Of a stretch of DNA of 64,000 bases, positions 9,861 to 19,100 are shown in pieces. Location of the stretch: the IMG/VR virus record IMGVR_UViG_3300037466_001780; one strand, given 5' to 3'. Each line of letters starts with the position of its first letter. The first letter of the stretch is position 1. The position numbers were made by a program, and so were the translations under genes. Below the pieces are notes generated by a model that made no database searches, was not told where the DNA came from, and was given only the letters and a program-made list of their open reading frames with translations. Origin of the DNA: an uncultured virus (IMG/VR IMGVR_UViG_3300037466_001780). Its lineage: Duplodnaviria; Heunggongvirae; Uroviricota; Caudoviricetes.

Positions 9861-9890
9861 TAAAAGAGAGGTCATTGAAAATGACCTCTC
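9861..9890 (-). terminator. terminator upstream of holin
   Basis: gagaggtcatt-ga-aatgacctctc with a T tract on minus. Confidence 0.6.
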
Positions 9891-9898
9891 CGATTACA

Positions 9899-10114
9899 TT
9901 ATTCCATTGGTAAACCTTCGTCTTTTTCGATACTTTCTACACAGTGATTCTTGTCTACCAAATTAAGCAACCTGCATATGAAGGCGCAAAACTTGCAATC
10001 TCTTTTGGCGACATGTTTTCCCATTCTGCTACTAATTGTCTCATCGGGATCTCCAAAAAAGAGAGCATTGAAAAATTGGTCGATAGCGATCAAGATATTC
10101 CAAATATATCTCAT
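9899..10114 (-). CDS. conserved phage protein (GDPDETISSR family)
   Basis: IAIDQFFNAL-GDPDETISSRMGK motif, common near phage tail and lysis genes. Confidence 0.75.
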   Translation of the reverse strand: MRYIWNILIAIDQFFNALFFGDPDETISSRMGKHVAKRDCKFCAFICRLLNLVDKNHCVESIEKDEGLPME

Positions 10115-10150
10115 AAAAAAATCACCACATTATAGCGTTGATTGCAACCA

Positions 10151-10279
10151 TTACACATTAATAATATAATCATACTCAGTTTGATTAATCTTGCCGGAAG
10201 CAAGAAGTTCATCGAGTCTTGCAAGATCAATACGCTGTGTGTTATATAACCGTTTCAAACTTTCGACAAACGTACTCAT
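10151..10279 (-). CDS. XkdX-like small protein (42 aa, not in ORF track)
   Basis: MSTFVESLKRLY...GKINQTEYDYI; overlaps the upstream stop. Confidence 0.7.
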   Translation of the reverse strand: MSTFVESLKRLYNTQRIDLARLDELLASGKINQTEYDYIINV

Positions 10280-10653
10280 CAGATAAGTCCTCCATCAATT
10301 AATTCGAGCGTGTAATCGTCGATGGCCTTGGTTCTCTCGGCGTTAATCATATTATCTAGACGCGCACTCTGTGCGTTGTGTATTGATGCTTCTTCTTCCT
10401 CAAGCCGTTTATATAGCATCGCTGTTGCAAGAAGTTGTCCATCTACTCCTTCGGATGTCAGATTTTCGCCCTGTAAATCATCGTTCACAGGAATAAGGGC
10501 TGGAGTAGCCCTGACAAACCGACGCATCAATTCCGGCAGGTTGTCTACCGAAATGGCCTCGATGTATGATCCCATCTCATTTTGTGCCCTCTGAATTAGA
10601 TCAAGTTCAGGTGCACTGTGGGGATTATAAATATATAGGGCTTTCATAGCCAT
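10279..10653 (-). CDS. tail-associated chaperone-like protein
   Basis: C-terminal AIDDYTLELIDGGLI preceding an XkdX-like gene. Confidence 0.65.
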   Translation of the reverse strand: MAMKALYIYNPHSAPELDLIQRAQNEMGSYIEAISVDNLPELMRRFVRATPALIPVNDDLQGENLTSEGVDGQLLATAMLYKRLEEEEASIHNAQSARLDNMINAERTKAIDDYTLELIDGGLI

Positions 10654-10658
10654 CCTCC

Positions 10659-12164
10659 TTATACTACCTGCTGAGTGAATATGGTTCCGACTGAGCCTGA
10701 AGTACCAGCGCCCCCGGATTCTCCAGACGTAATTTGTAGGCCGCCTATGCCGCCTATGCCTCCATTAACTGAGATAGAGCCAGAATTGGTATAAGTGACC
10801 TTGTAGTAGATTGCCACTACACCTCCACCTGAGCCGCCACCGCCTCCTCCACCACCACACGATCCGGTACCAGCACCATTGCCCCCATTCCCACCATTAC
10901 CGCCATCTGCTTTAATCAGGCCACCTGAATTAATCGTTACATTTCCGCCTGAAATAATACAAACGAAACCGCCTGCATATTGACCATCCCCACCATTAGG
11001 GGTCGCGGTGTTATCACAGGAACCTGAACCCCCGCCACCTCCACCATTACATTTTCCACCCCATACGGTGCCACTGGTACCCGAACTTACACCGATACCC
11101 CCGCCGCCATTACTTGCGTTAGCGAAGGCAAGGCACGAGGTACTTCTAAAATAGGTAACTTTTCCTCCACCAAGTTCGGCATAGTCAATGTTGCCACCTA
11201 TACCCCCAGCTTTGCTAAAACCACTGGAGCCACCTCCAGAACCACCACCACCGAAACCACCTGCGTTTATTCTCCCAGAACCTCCTGATCCAGTTGTGCT
11301 TTGTCTACCCGTGGCTCCTGCGTACCCGCCTCCAAATCCACCGCTACCTCCAGAACCACCTCGTAATGTTTGCAGTACATTCGTTAGTAGGTAATATTTA
11401 TCTATTGTAGGTGTTCCTGTAGAAGTTTCCTTTGTGATGAGTAATGGGGCTATATTATCGCCGCCAATACCTGCCTTTTGACTCATGTCGATTTTTCCTG
11501 AAACACCTACGTCTCCATGACTGTAGATTATCAATCCCCGACAAGGGTTATCCGTCATCATTTCATATCCGACCGGGAGCGTCAGTGATGTAAATTGTTT
11601 AATCGCGATTCCGGTTTGATCAGTGACCGGATACAATATACGCCAAACCAAAGTCGTCTGAAGGTCTGAACTAATCCAGTTTATAGAGAGTCCTTGTGCA
11701 GTAAGCGTACAGTTTGAGCCTCCTGCTTTAAGAATAAAGCGCCAATACCTATGAGGTGAGGTATGACCACCTCCATTAAACTCTTGAACTGTGGTACTTA
11801 GAGTACTTGTAGTGCGATCTGTCCAAGTAGATCCATCATCTGAATATTGACAAGTAAACGATCTGGTTCCGACACTGAGTGAACAACGCCAAAGTTTAAA
11901 ACCAGTCATCAGGTTTGATATAAACTGGGGTACTCCAAAATCAACCTGTAGGACTACCTGATCCGAAGCCGATGATAGGATTCCTGTGGTGAAAACTGTC
12001 CCAGAATTTAAGTCAAACAGGTTAGAGGTAGTTCCGCCATTCGGAGCAGTAACTCCACTCAATAGAACTGTTGCCGGGTTGAGGTCACCATCACTTCCGT
12101 CCCCGAAGAAGCTACCCATTGCACCCCCACCAGCACCCCGAAGGTCAGCAAAAATATCAATCAT
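10659..12164 (-). CDS. glycine-rich tail fibre/spike protein with discoidin-like domain
   Basis: FFGDGSDG, YSDDGSTWT and HRYWRF motifs; long Gly-rich C-terminus. Confidence 0.75.
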   Translation of the reverse strand: MIDIFADLRGAGGGAMGSFFGDGSDGDLNPATVLLSGVTAPNGGTTSNLFDLNSGTVFTTGILSSASDQVVLQVDFGVPQFISNLMTGFKLWRCSLSVGTRSFTCQYSDDGSTWTDRTTSTLSTTVQEFNGGGHTSPHRYWRFILKAGGSNCTLTAQGLSINWISSDLQTTLVWRILYPVTDQTGIAIKQFTSLTLPVGYEMMTDNPCRGLIIYSHGDVGVSGKIDMSQKAGIGGDNIAPLLITKETSTGTPTIDKYYLLTNVLQTLRGGSGGSGGFGGGYAGATGRQSTTGSGGSGRINAGGFGGGGSGGGSSGFSKAGGIGGNIDYAELGGGKVTYFRSTSCLAFANASNGGGGIGVSSGTSGTVWGGKCNGGGGGGSGSCDNTATPNGGDGQYAGGFVCIISGGNVTINSGGLIKADGGNGGNGGNGAGTGSCGGGGGGGGSGGGVVAIYYKVTYTNSGSISVNGGIGGIGGLQITSGESGGAGTSGSVGTIFTQQVV

Positions 12165-13816
12165 GATGCTACCCCTCCATCATTAGACATATTACCGAAG
12201 GAGTCATATGTGCAAGTATAGGTAATGGTGGAAACCACAGTAGTACCGTTGCTGGCATAAGTTGTCTCCACGATGGTCTGGTAATTTCCGTTTGCGTCTG
12301 GATTACTTGCGATGACGCGCTTATACAGCGTATTATCGAGGCGCTTGTAATCAATCTGAGTCGGCTTACCGTTGGCATCAACAGTGACGACCGTCTTTTT
12401 GTATCGATTTCCTAGTACAGTAAGACTACTGTTAACTTCATTGATAGCGGATACGGCACTAGATTTATCTGTAGTATTAAGTCCTGATAAAACCCCAATT
12501 TGATTCTGAATCGGACTCGTTACACCATCTAGATATTGAAACTCAGTATTAGAAACACTACCATTTGCAATTTTAGATGCATCAATAGCAGCAGAAGAAT
12601 TGATATCAGCATTAACGATTACACCGGGAGCAATAGAAGTTGTATTTCCAATAGAAGTAACGTCTCCTGCTAAGTCGGCATTTGTCGTTACCGTTGCTGC
12701 GTTACCTGTGATATTGCCGGGAATATTTCCGCTACCGTCTCTTTTGACTATCTGGTTTGCACCGCTACCAGAATTAAGAGTAAGAACGGGATTATCATTT
12801 GGATTGGTTACACCAATATCTGCGTTAGCAGAGGACACGGAGAGAACTGTGCCAGAACCCGAACCATCTGCTCCCTTAGCAGCAATTTGAACCCAATAGG
12901 TTGTATTGGTTGGCAAATTTCCTGTGGACGCTAGAATACATTGGTATGAACTGCCGTTGTATGCAACCTTATTCATTGGAATATAACTGTGCGTGTTATT
13001 ATAAGGTTCGAGTAATTTAAAGGCATTGTATCCGTCTTGTCTTGCAGTTTCCTGAGATTGTCTTGTCGTCTCATTTGACGCTCTTGTTGTTTCTGCGCTT
13101 GCTCTTGCTGATTCCGCCGATACGCGATTATTTTCAGCGGTCACACGAGAAGATTCTGCACTTACTCTTGAAGACTCAGCGGAAACCCTAGATGATTCAG
13201 CCGTTACTCTTGAAGATTCTGCGCTGACACGACTCGTTTCCGCTGATACTCTGTTACTTTCTGCTGTAACGCGAGAAGACTCCGCATTTTGTATATTTGT
13301 GTTTGTTGTGTTTGCGGTTGTAGCAGCGTTTGTCGCTGAAGTAGCTGCTGAGTTTGCGTTGGTGGTTGCGGTGTTCGCATTTGTGATTGCCTCACTGATC
13401 GAATCTAGATTGGCAATTGCACTTTGACCTGCCGTGATAATGTCATTTAACGTTTCTGTAACGTTACCATTGTCTGTCTGCGTGTAAACCATCGTAGATG
13501 GGATATACACCAAGCCTCGGCCTTTATAGGTGAAAGTTAATTGAAGTCCATTTCGACTGCTATTGAAATATACAATCTTGTTGGCATAATCAACCTTATA
13601 TTCATCCGTACCCAATGTCGGTGTGTCAATATCAACCTCGGCCCATGTTACGCTTTGTCCTGACACTTGGACACGATTAAGTCTTACGGGGATTTCTGTT
13701 AAGACAACAGTAGAATTTTCGATTTGTAAAGTATCTACTTTGTCTATGTAAGGGTTATCCGCATCCCCTGTACGATAACGAGTTATAATCGCGTCGCTAT
13801 AATCTAAATTACTCAT
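12161..13816 (-). CDS. tail fibre protein with heptad coiled-coil repeats
   Basis: tandem AESSRV(S/T) repeats; CBM-like YNGSSYQC...YW segment. Confidence 0.75.
   Translation of the reverse strand: MSNLDYSDAIITRYRTGDADNPYIDKVDTLQIENSTVVLTEIPVRLNRVQVSGQSVTWAEVDIDTPTLGTDEYKVDYANKIVYFNSSRNGLQLTFTYKGRGLVYIPSTMVYTQTDNGNVTETLNDIITAGQSAIANLDSISEAITNANTATTNANSAATSATNAATTANTTNTNIQNAESSRVTAESNRVSAETSRVSAESSRVTAESSRVSAESSRVSAESSRVTAENNRVSAESARASAETTRASNETTRQSQETARQDGYNAFKLLEPYNNTHSYIPMNKVAYNGSSYQCILASTGNLPTNTTYWVQIAAKGADGSGSGTVLSVSSANADIGVTNPNDNPVLTLNSGSGANQIVKRDGSGNIPGNITGNAATVTTNADLAGDVTSIGNTTSIAPGVIVNADINSSAAIDASKIANGSVSNTEFQYLDGVTSPIQNQIGVLSGLNTTDKSSAVSAINEVNSSLTVLGNRYKKTVVTVDANGKPTQIDYKRLDNTLYKRVIASNPDANGNYQTIVETTYASNGTTVVSTITYTCTYDSFGNMSNDGGVAS
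13050..13285 (-). repeat. 21-bp-period coding repeat (AESSRVS heptads)
   Basis: about ten consecutive heptads in the translation. Confidence 0.75.
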
Positions 13817-13833
13817 CCGACTCCTCCTAAGAA

Positions 13834-13863
13834 AATAAAAAAGAGTCGTGCTGACACGGCTCT
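13834..13863 (-). terminator. terminator after the tail assembly gene
   Basis: agagtcgtg-ctga-cacggctct with a T tract on minus. Confidence 0.65.
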
Positions 13864-13941
13864 GAAATACTACATGTTGTGTTTATGCGACTATTTAAAT
13901 ACTATATATTGATTAAAATTTCCGATAAAAGAATTATTTCA

Positions 13942-15009
13942 TCACCATACGATAGCTGCAACTTCTGCTCTTGTGTTTGCATTGGCAATTTGTGCTTCAA
14001 GATATAAATAGTTATATTGTATTGTTGCTTCATGTGCATAAGCATCCTTTAGCACCTGAATGAATTGGTCTCTCAGGAAGGAAACCATGCCATGACTCAA
14101 TGTTTTAAATTGAATATTATCAAAGGTAGGGTCAATGCTAATCATATTGGATAATCCCCTGTAATTCTTTTGGTCTACAGGATCATATCCCATTGTCATT
14201 TCTGTTCCTGTTGCCGATGTTTGAAAGCCTGACACTAACTCAGAATCACGACGAGTACGAAGTTCTTCTAATTTTGCCTGCTTAACTTCTTCGAGCGTAG
14301 GGTAATTGATGATTTCTTGATACGTAAAGAGGGTAGGGTGGATAGAAAAATCGACAACCGTACCAGATGGAATAATGTCATATGCAAATTCCAAATCTTC
14401 AGTCCAATTTTCATCTTCGTTTGTTATCAACAAAGGTTCTTGAGGTTGATAAGTTACAACATCTTCCGTGACTTCATTCCAATACAACAACTCTCCAGCG
14501 TCATCAACCTTTTGCTGTTGAACAACTTCGGATGTTTGAAGGGGGAGAGGACTTCCGACAGGAACTTGCCCCCAATAAAGCAAATTTTCACTTTCGTCAG
14601 ATTCTTGGATAATCGATTCGTTTCCTTCTTCGTCGTAAACAGTTATCATCACAGGTTCTTCAGTAACTTCGGTTGTTTTGCCGAGAGTCGTAGGTTGGTA
14701 TGTAAGTTGGTTGTTGTTTGCGTCAAGTAAAGGAATGTAATTTACAACATCGATCATTACGGGTGAAGCGGATTCTGTTGTAGATTCCACTGTTTTAGTT
14801 TCGGCTGTATGAACCTCTAAGTCAGGTAAAAGAAGGACGTATAGCGGTTCGTTTAGTTCGTTTAATTTTTGAAGGTAGGCATCTTCGTTTAAGGTTTTCT
14901 TTAAACCTGAAACGTCGGCTTCAATTTCAAACTGTTCGTTCGGTAGCGTGATGGGGATGTCGATTCCGAGAACTTGCTGCGTTTTAGAGTCTATAATTAT
15001 TTTTGACAT
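13942..15009 (-). CDS. tail fibre assembly protein with C-terminal DUF4376-like domain
   Basis: TLEEVKQAKLEEL...EVAAIVW C-terminus; acidic D(E)xG(E/N)xLYW repeats. Confidence 0.7.
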   Translation of the reverse strand: MSKIIIDSKTQQVLGIDIPITLPNEQFEIEADVSGLKKTLNEDAYLQKLNELNEPLYVLLLPDLEVHTAETKTVESTTESASPVMIDVVNYIPLLDANNNQLTYQPTTLGKTTEVTEEPVMITVYDEEGNESIIQESDESENLLYWGQVPVGSPLPLQTSEVVQQQKVDDAGELLYWNEVTEDVVTYQPQEPLLITNEDENWTEDLEFAYDIIPSGTVVDFSIHPTLFTYQEIINYPTLEEVKQAKLEELRTRRDSELVSGFQTSATGTEMTMGYDPVDQKNYRGLSNMISIDPTFDNIQFKTLSHGMVSFLRDQFIQVLKDAYAHEATIQYNYLYLEAQIANANTRAEVAAIVW

Positions 15010-16121
15010 TACTTCACCTCACATATTTGTTGTTGGTGTTGGGTGAGTTCGTTTTGTTTGAGTTGGTTTAGTTTGAATTGCTTGAATTCTTCGAATTGTT
15101 CAGGCGTGTTGTTATGACCATATATAGAATGATATTCTTTGTGAATGTCTTCTCTTAGACATACCCCTAGTGGATATTTATAATGATTTCTCAATAATCT
15201 TTCTTTGATTAAATTCAACTCATCAAAAGTATAAGCAGAATAATCATCATACAAAGGTATATTTAATTCTCCCAGTGTTTCTTTTAATATTTGATTGTAA
15301 CTGTGTAAGTGATGAACAACATCAAATTTACCGCCAGTTATTACGCACTTGAACCTACTGGAAACCATGCTGTCTTTTCTCCAAGTGATAATATAATCTC
15401 TTAAATAGTGAGAAAGTTGTTTAAGTGCTCCTTGTCTTCGTTCGTTCGCAAGTTTAATATTGCTACAATATCTACAAAATAAGCATTGATCTTTGTAATT
15501 CCGAAATGATCCCCATGTAGTTATTTGAATTTCATTTAAGTGTTTTGGACAGTAATATTCCAAGGGTGAGTGCGCCCCTAAATATTCTTCTACTGTAGTT
15601 TTAAGGATTAGACCTTTTTTATCGAATGCTAATTTGATTTTTACAAATGTATTTCTCTTTCTTTCATCGTTAATTTTTTGGTTTGCACAATATTGACAAC
15701 AACTCTTTCTTAATTTAAATGAATTAAGTTTTTTTCTTTGAATACCAGCGTTAATATGTTTATGGCATATAAATCTTAAAATCAAATCATCTTTGACTGG
15801 CGTGGATTCAAATTCGCTTTCTGTAGTAAGCAATTCGCAGTTACTATCTTTAAAACCACTTTTTATATCTTTATCAAAATCGTATACTCTTCTGCTGTCT
15901 CTCGCCTGTTTATTGCCGCAATACTTACAACCTTGAGGTTTAATAAAGTTACTCCAAGTTTTGTTTTGCTCTCCTTCGCTCAAATGCAATGGGCATAAAA
16001 ATCTTAAAGGCGATTGTGCGTTTCGATACTCAGATTCATTACTTAATAAAATTAACCCTCTTGCATCGAATGCTGCCTGAACTATAGAAAAATCTAATTT
16101 CTTTGACAAACCATTCCCCAC
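15009..16121 (-). CDS. free-standing HNH homing endonuclease with three zinc-ribbon repeats
   Basis: three CxxH...CxYC units; C-terminal CVITG, VVHHL, GVCL and IHKEYHSIYG; very AT-rich. Confidence 0.75.
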   Translation of the reverse strand: MGNGLSKKLDFSIVQAAFDARGLILLSNESEYRNAQSPLRFLCPLHLSEGEQNKTWSNFIKPQGCKYCGNKQARDSRRVYDFDKDIKSGFKDSNCELLTTESEFESTPVKDDLILRFICHKHINAGIQRKKLNSFKLRKSCCQYCANQKINDERKRNTFVKIKLAFDKKGLILKTTVEEYLGAHSPLEYYCPKHLNEIQITTWGSFRNYKDQCLFCRYCSNIKLANERRQGALKQLSHYLRDYIITWRKDSMVSSRFKCVITGGKFDVVHHLHSYNQILKETLGELNIPLYDDYSAYTFDELNLIKERLLRNHYKYPLGVCLREDIHKEYHSIYGHNNTPEQFEEFKQFKLNQLKQNELTQHQQQICEVK

Positions 16122-16134
16122 CTAGCAACAAGAA

Positions 16135-16166
16135 AAGAACCTCCTGCAAAAAAGCAAGAGGTTCTT
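16135..16166 (-). terminator. hairpin/terminator after the large tail fibre gene
   Basis: aagaacctc...gaggttctt, followed by T-rich sequence on minus. Confidence 0.65.
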
Positions 16167-16180
16167 AAACTAAAAATATT

Positions 16181-19100
16181 TTAAACTTTAATTAACGGCC
16201 TCCCACTAATCGGGAAGTCAATGGTCTGTGTTAAATCAACATAACTTCCAAGATTCTTCGATTCTTTATACATAATACGAAGATATAGTTGCCCATTCTT
16301 TACAACTAATTTATAAGCATATACGACATAAGGGAAAACAATAGAAGGTTTGGTTGCCTTCAAGTCATAAGTCTCAAATTGATACATCTTTGTACCATTA
16401 GTGATAAACGAGTTCAGTGACTGTCCTGCGTAATCAGATGTCGAACTTAAGATCTGATAGAGTAAGTAATTGTTTTCTGTAGTGAGTCCACCTGTGCCAA
16501 GAGTGGTAGCATAAAACGTGCTGGGTTTTGTTAAGTCTTTATCAGGCGTTCCTACCGTTGTGTCATTTTGCTTGGGGATATACCGATACCATAAAGCAAC
16601 CTGATCTACGTCTCCGCCATTTCCAAGATATTTTTGTGATTTGGCAGGGAAGAAGAATTTAATCGTTCGAGTTGAAGGATTTACCTTCACTATATTAGAC
16701 TTAACATAATCAACTGCCTCGGAAAGCGTAACGTCCAGTTTCACGTAGTCTGTAAAGATGTTCGACGGATTCGTTCCTGCCGGGTAAGTGGAGTGAACGA
16801 GAACGTAAACTTTTTGATTGTTGTCGATATACGTGTTGCTGGTCGTCGTCTGACTAATGGTTGCAGGCGAAGATGCCGTATTCGTACCATATAGTGTGTC
16901 TCCGCTTGTAGACCAAGAACCCTTCCACGCTTTAAGCGTTGCCCCGTTCGTCAAAACGCCGCCGTTATCTCCCGAACCATATGCAACGACTGTAACTGCA
17001 AGGCTTCTGATTGCCGCTTTCAGCTGCGCCGTTGTCATGCCGAGGTGGGAAAGGTCGAATTCGTACAGTCTTTGTGCATAGTTGCTGTTTGTCGTACTGG
17101 TTAGCGTCGTGAGTACGCCATCTTGCTTCGAAGCATTGTCGTACTCCGTCTGCGTGGCTTGGAGCGTGAACGTTGACGGTGCACCGAACGTCGAAGCATC
17201 TGCGTAAAGTGAACGATGCGGATTCTCAACCGTCGAACCCGCCACTTTGCCGAGGTAGTTGAGCGTGACTTTCTTCTTGCGCCCCGGCGTCCATTCGGTT
17301 GCGGTTGAAGCGATTTGATACTTTATATTTCTGAGTCTAAATTCGCTTCCTGTCGCTTCATAAAATCTAAGCGATGAACTGCTGGATGTTGTTGTCGCCG
17401 TCCATGCCGTCTTAACTCGAACAGTCGAGTTTGCAGGGATAGAAGTGGTGACAGGATTGCCACCCGCGATGTTGATAGTCACCGAAATAGCCGATCCATT
17501 CGGATTAATCACATCAGCCGAACCCGCGTATGTGGTTCCCGTTACAATCGGAACTACACACGAAAAATACGTGCTATTAGAGGATGCCCCCGTTACCTTC
17601 ACGACACCGTTGCTGTAAATAGACGGCGTTCCCCCGGCGATGTTAAAGTCCGAAGCACTCCCCAAGTCCACTGGAAACGCCTGATTCTGCGTCAGCAAGT
17701 TTTCACTCAGCACCGGGAACGGATTCGTCGGCTGCAAGGTCGTAAACCCGCTTGCTTCCGTAGTGGAATCAAATGCCGAGACAGCCGACGTTTTGAGCGT
17801 GATGGATAGTTCTACATAGTCAGTGTTGATCGTGGATGCCGTTACGCCGTCCGATGCGTCTGCGTAAGCTAGAGCGTAATAGAAGCCGTTAGAATCCACT
17901 ACGGAAGAAATTACGGTGTTATTTCTAGTCAGTGATGTAACCGTTCCGTTGGTGTGGGAAGCTGGGCTTGCATTCCATGCGCCATTAATCCATTCAGCAA
18001 CATAAGCCTTGTTTCCCGCAAGACCCGAACCGTATCCATTCCAAGTACAACTAATCTGCGTGATGTTGTTTGTCAGCCATGTCTTTTTACTCGCCGTACC
18101 GTCTGCCGGGATTTCGCCGTACTTATCTTCGATAGCCCGGATGAGGTCGAATTGGAAAACGTGCTGGCTTACGTCATTCAAAGTTGCGCGGCTTGTTGTC
18201 GCCAGCGTTCCATCCAAGGCAAAAGCGTTATTATAGTTTGCTTGGCTAACCTCTGTACCTCCCGGTGATGGAGTGAGTGAGGTTGTCGTGATGATACCTT
18301 TAAGCGTGTGTGGGACTAAATCTGTACTTCCCGACACTTTCCCCGCAAAATTCGCCTTCACGCTCACCGTATTCGCTGCAAGAAGTTCATCCCCGTTGAC
18401 CGCTGCTTTCAGAATATCCGTCGCCACTTGCGGGAGTCCCTTGCCTGCCGGATAGTTGACCGCATACGTGATCGTGATGTTACTTGTGTTCGTGGTCGGA
18501 GCCGTGGTGATCGTGTACGTTGCATCCTTTGTGCCGAGTCCGCTCCATGTTCCGGCGATGCCCGTGGCAGTGACGGTTGGGAGGGATGAAGATGTCTCCA
18601 AAAGGTATGTCCCGCTTACAAAGTTAAGTCCTGCGCCGCCTGTCCACGAAAGCGTAGCCGTTGAATTGGTAGAATCAACGGAATCCACGGTCAAATCTGT
18701 TACCGTGTAAGTCGAAACTCCGTCGAAGCGGGTTACATGATCGCTTGCCGTAAACTTCGAAACGTCGCTAACTTTAATTGTCGTTGGTGAAGTTACGCCT
18801 GTTTTATCCTCTAGGATTTTCGAGAATCCCGCCGTTGCTCCGGTTATTCCGCCATAATCCGAGTGAATCTTAATCGTATCCCCGATAGCCCATACGCCCG
18901 ATGTTGCTTGCGTCGGGATAACATGCTTCGGACGGTTTACGCCGTTCCAAGTTGGATCGACCACATCCACGACGGTTATCGACTGCTGCGGGTCGCCGTA
19001 GGCGATCCGTTGCCCGTTGAAGTTGCCACCGTTTATGCCCTCGTAGTGGAACGTCGAAAGCGTGCCGGACTGAACCATGTGACCGTTGGCGAGATAGTCT

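Larger units (their letters stand above)
1..16720. mobile_element. Phage A: segment of a large SPbeta-like temperate phage (replication end, xis-attP-int, lysis, tail fibres)
   Basis: DnaE, RuvC-like, xis/int, XkdX-like, holins, lysin and tail genes; AT-richer composition; shared ATRAAA-N6-TTTYAT palindromes; right boundary estimated from a GC shift. Confidence 0.8.
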
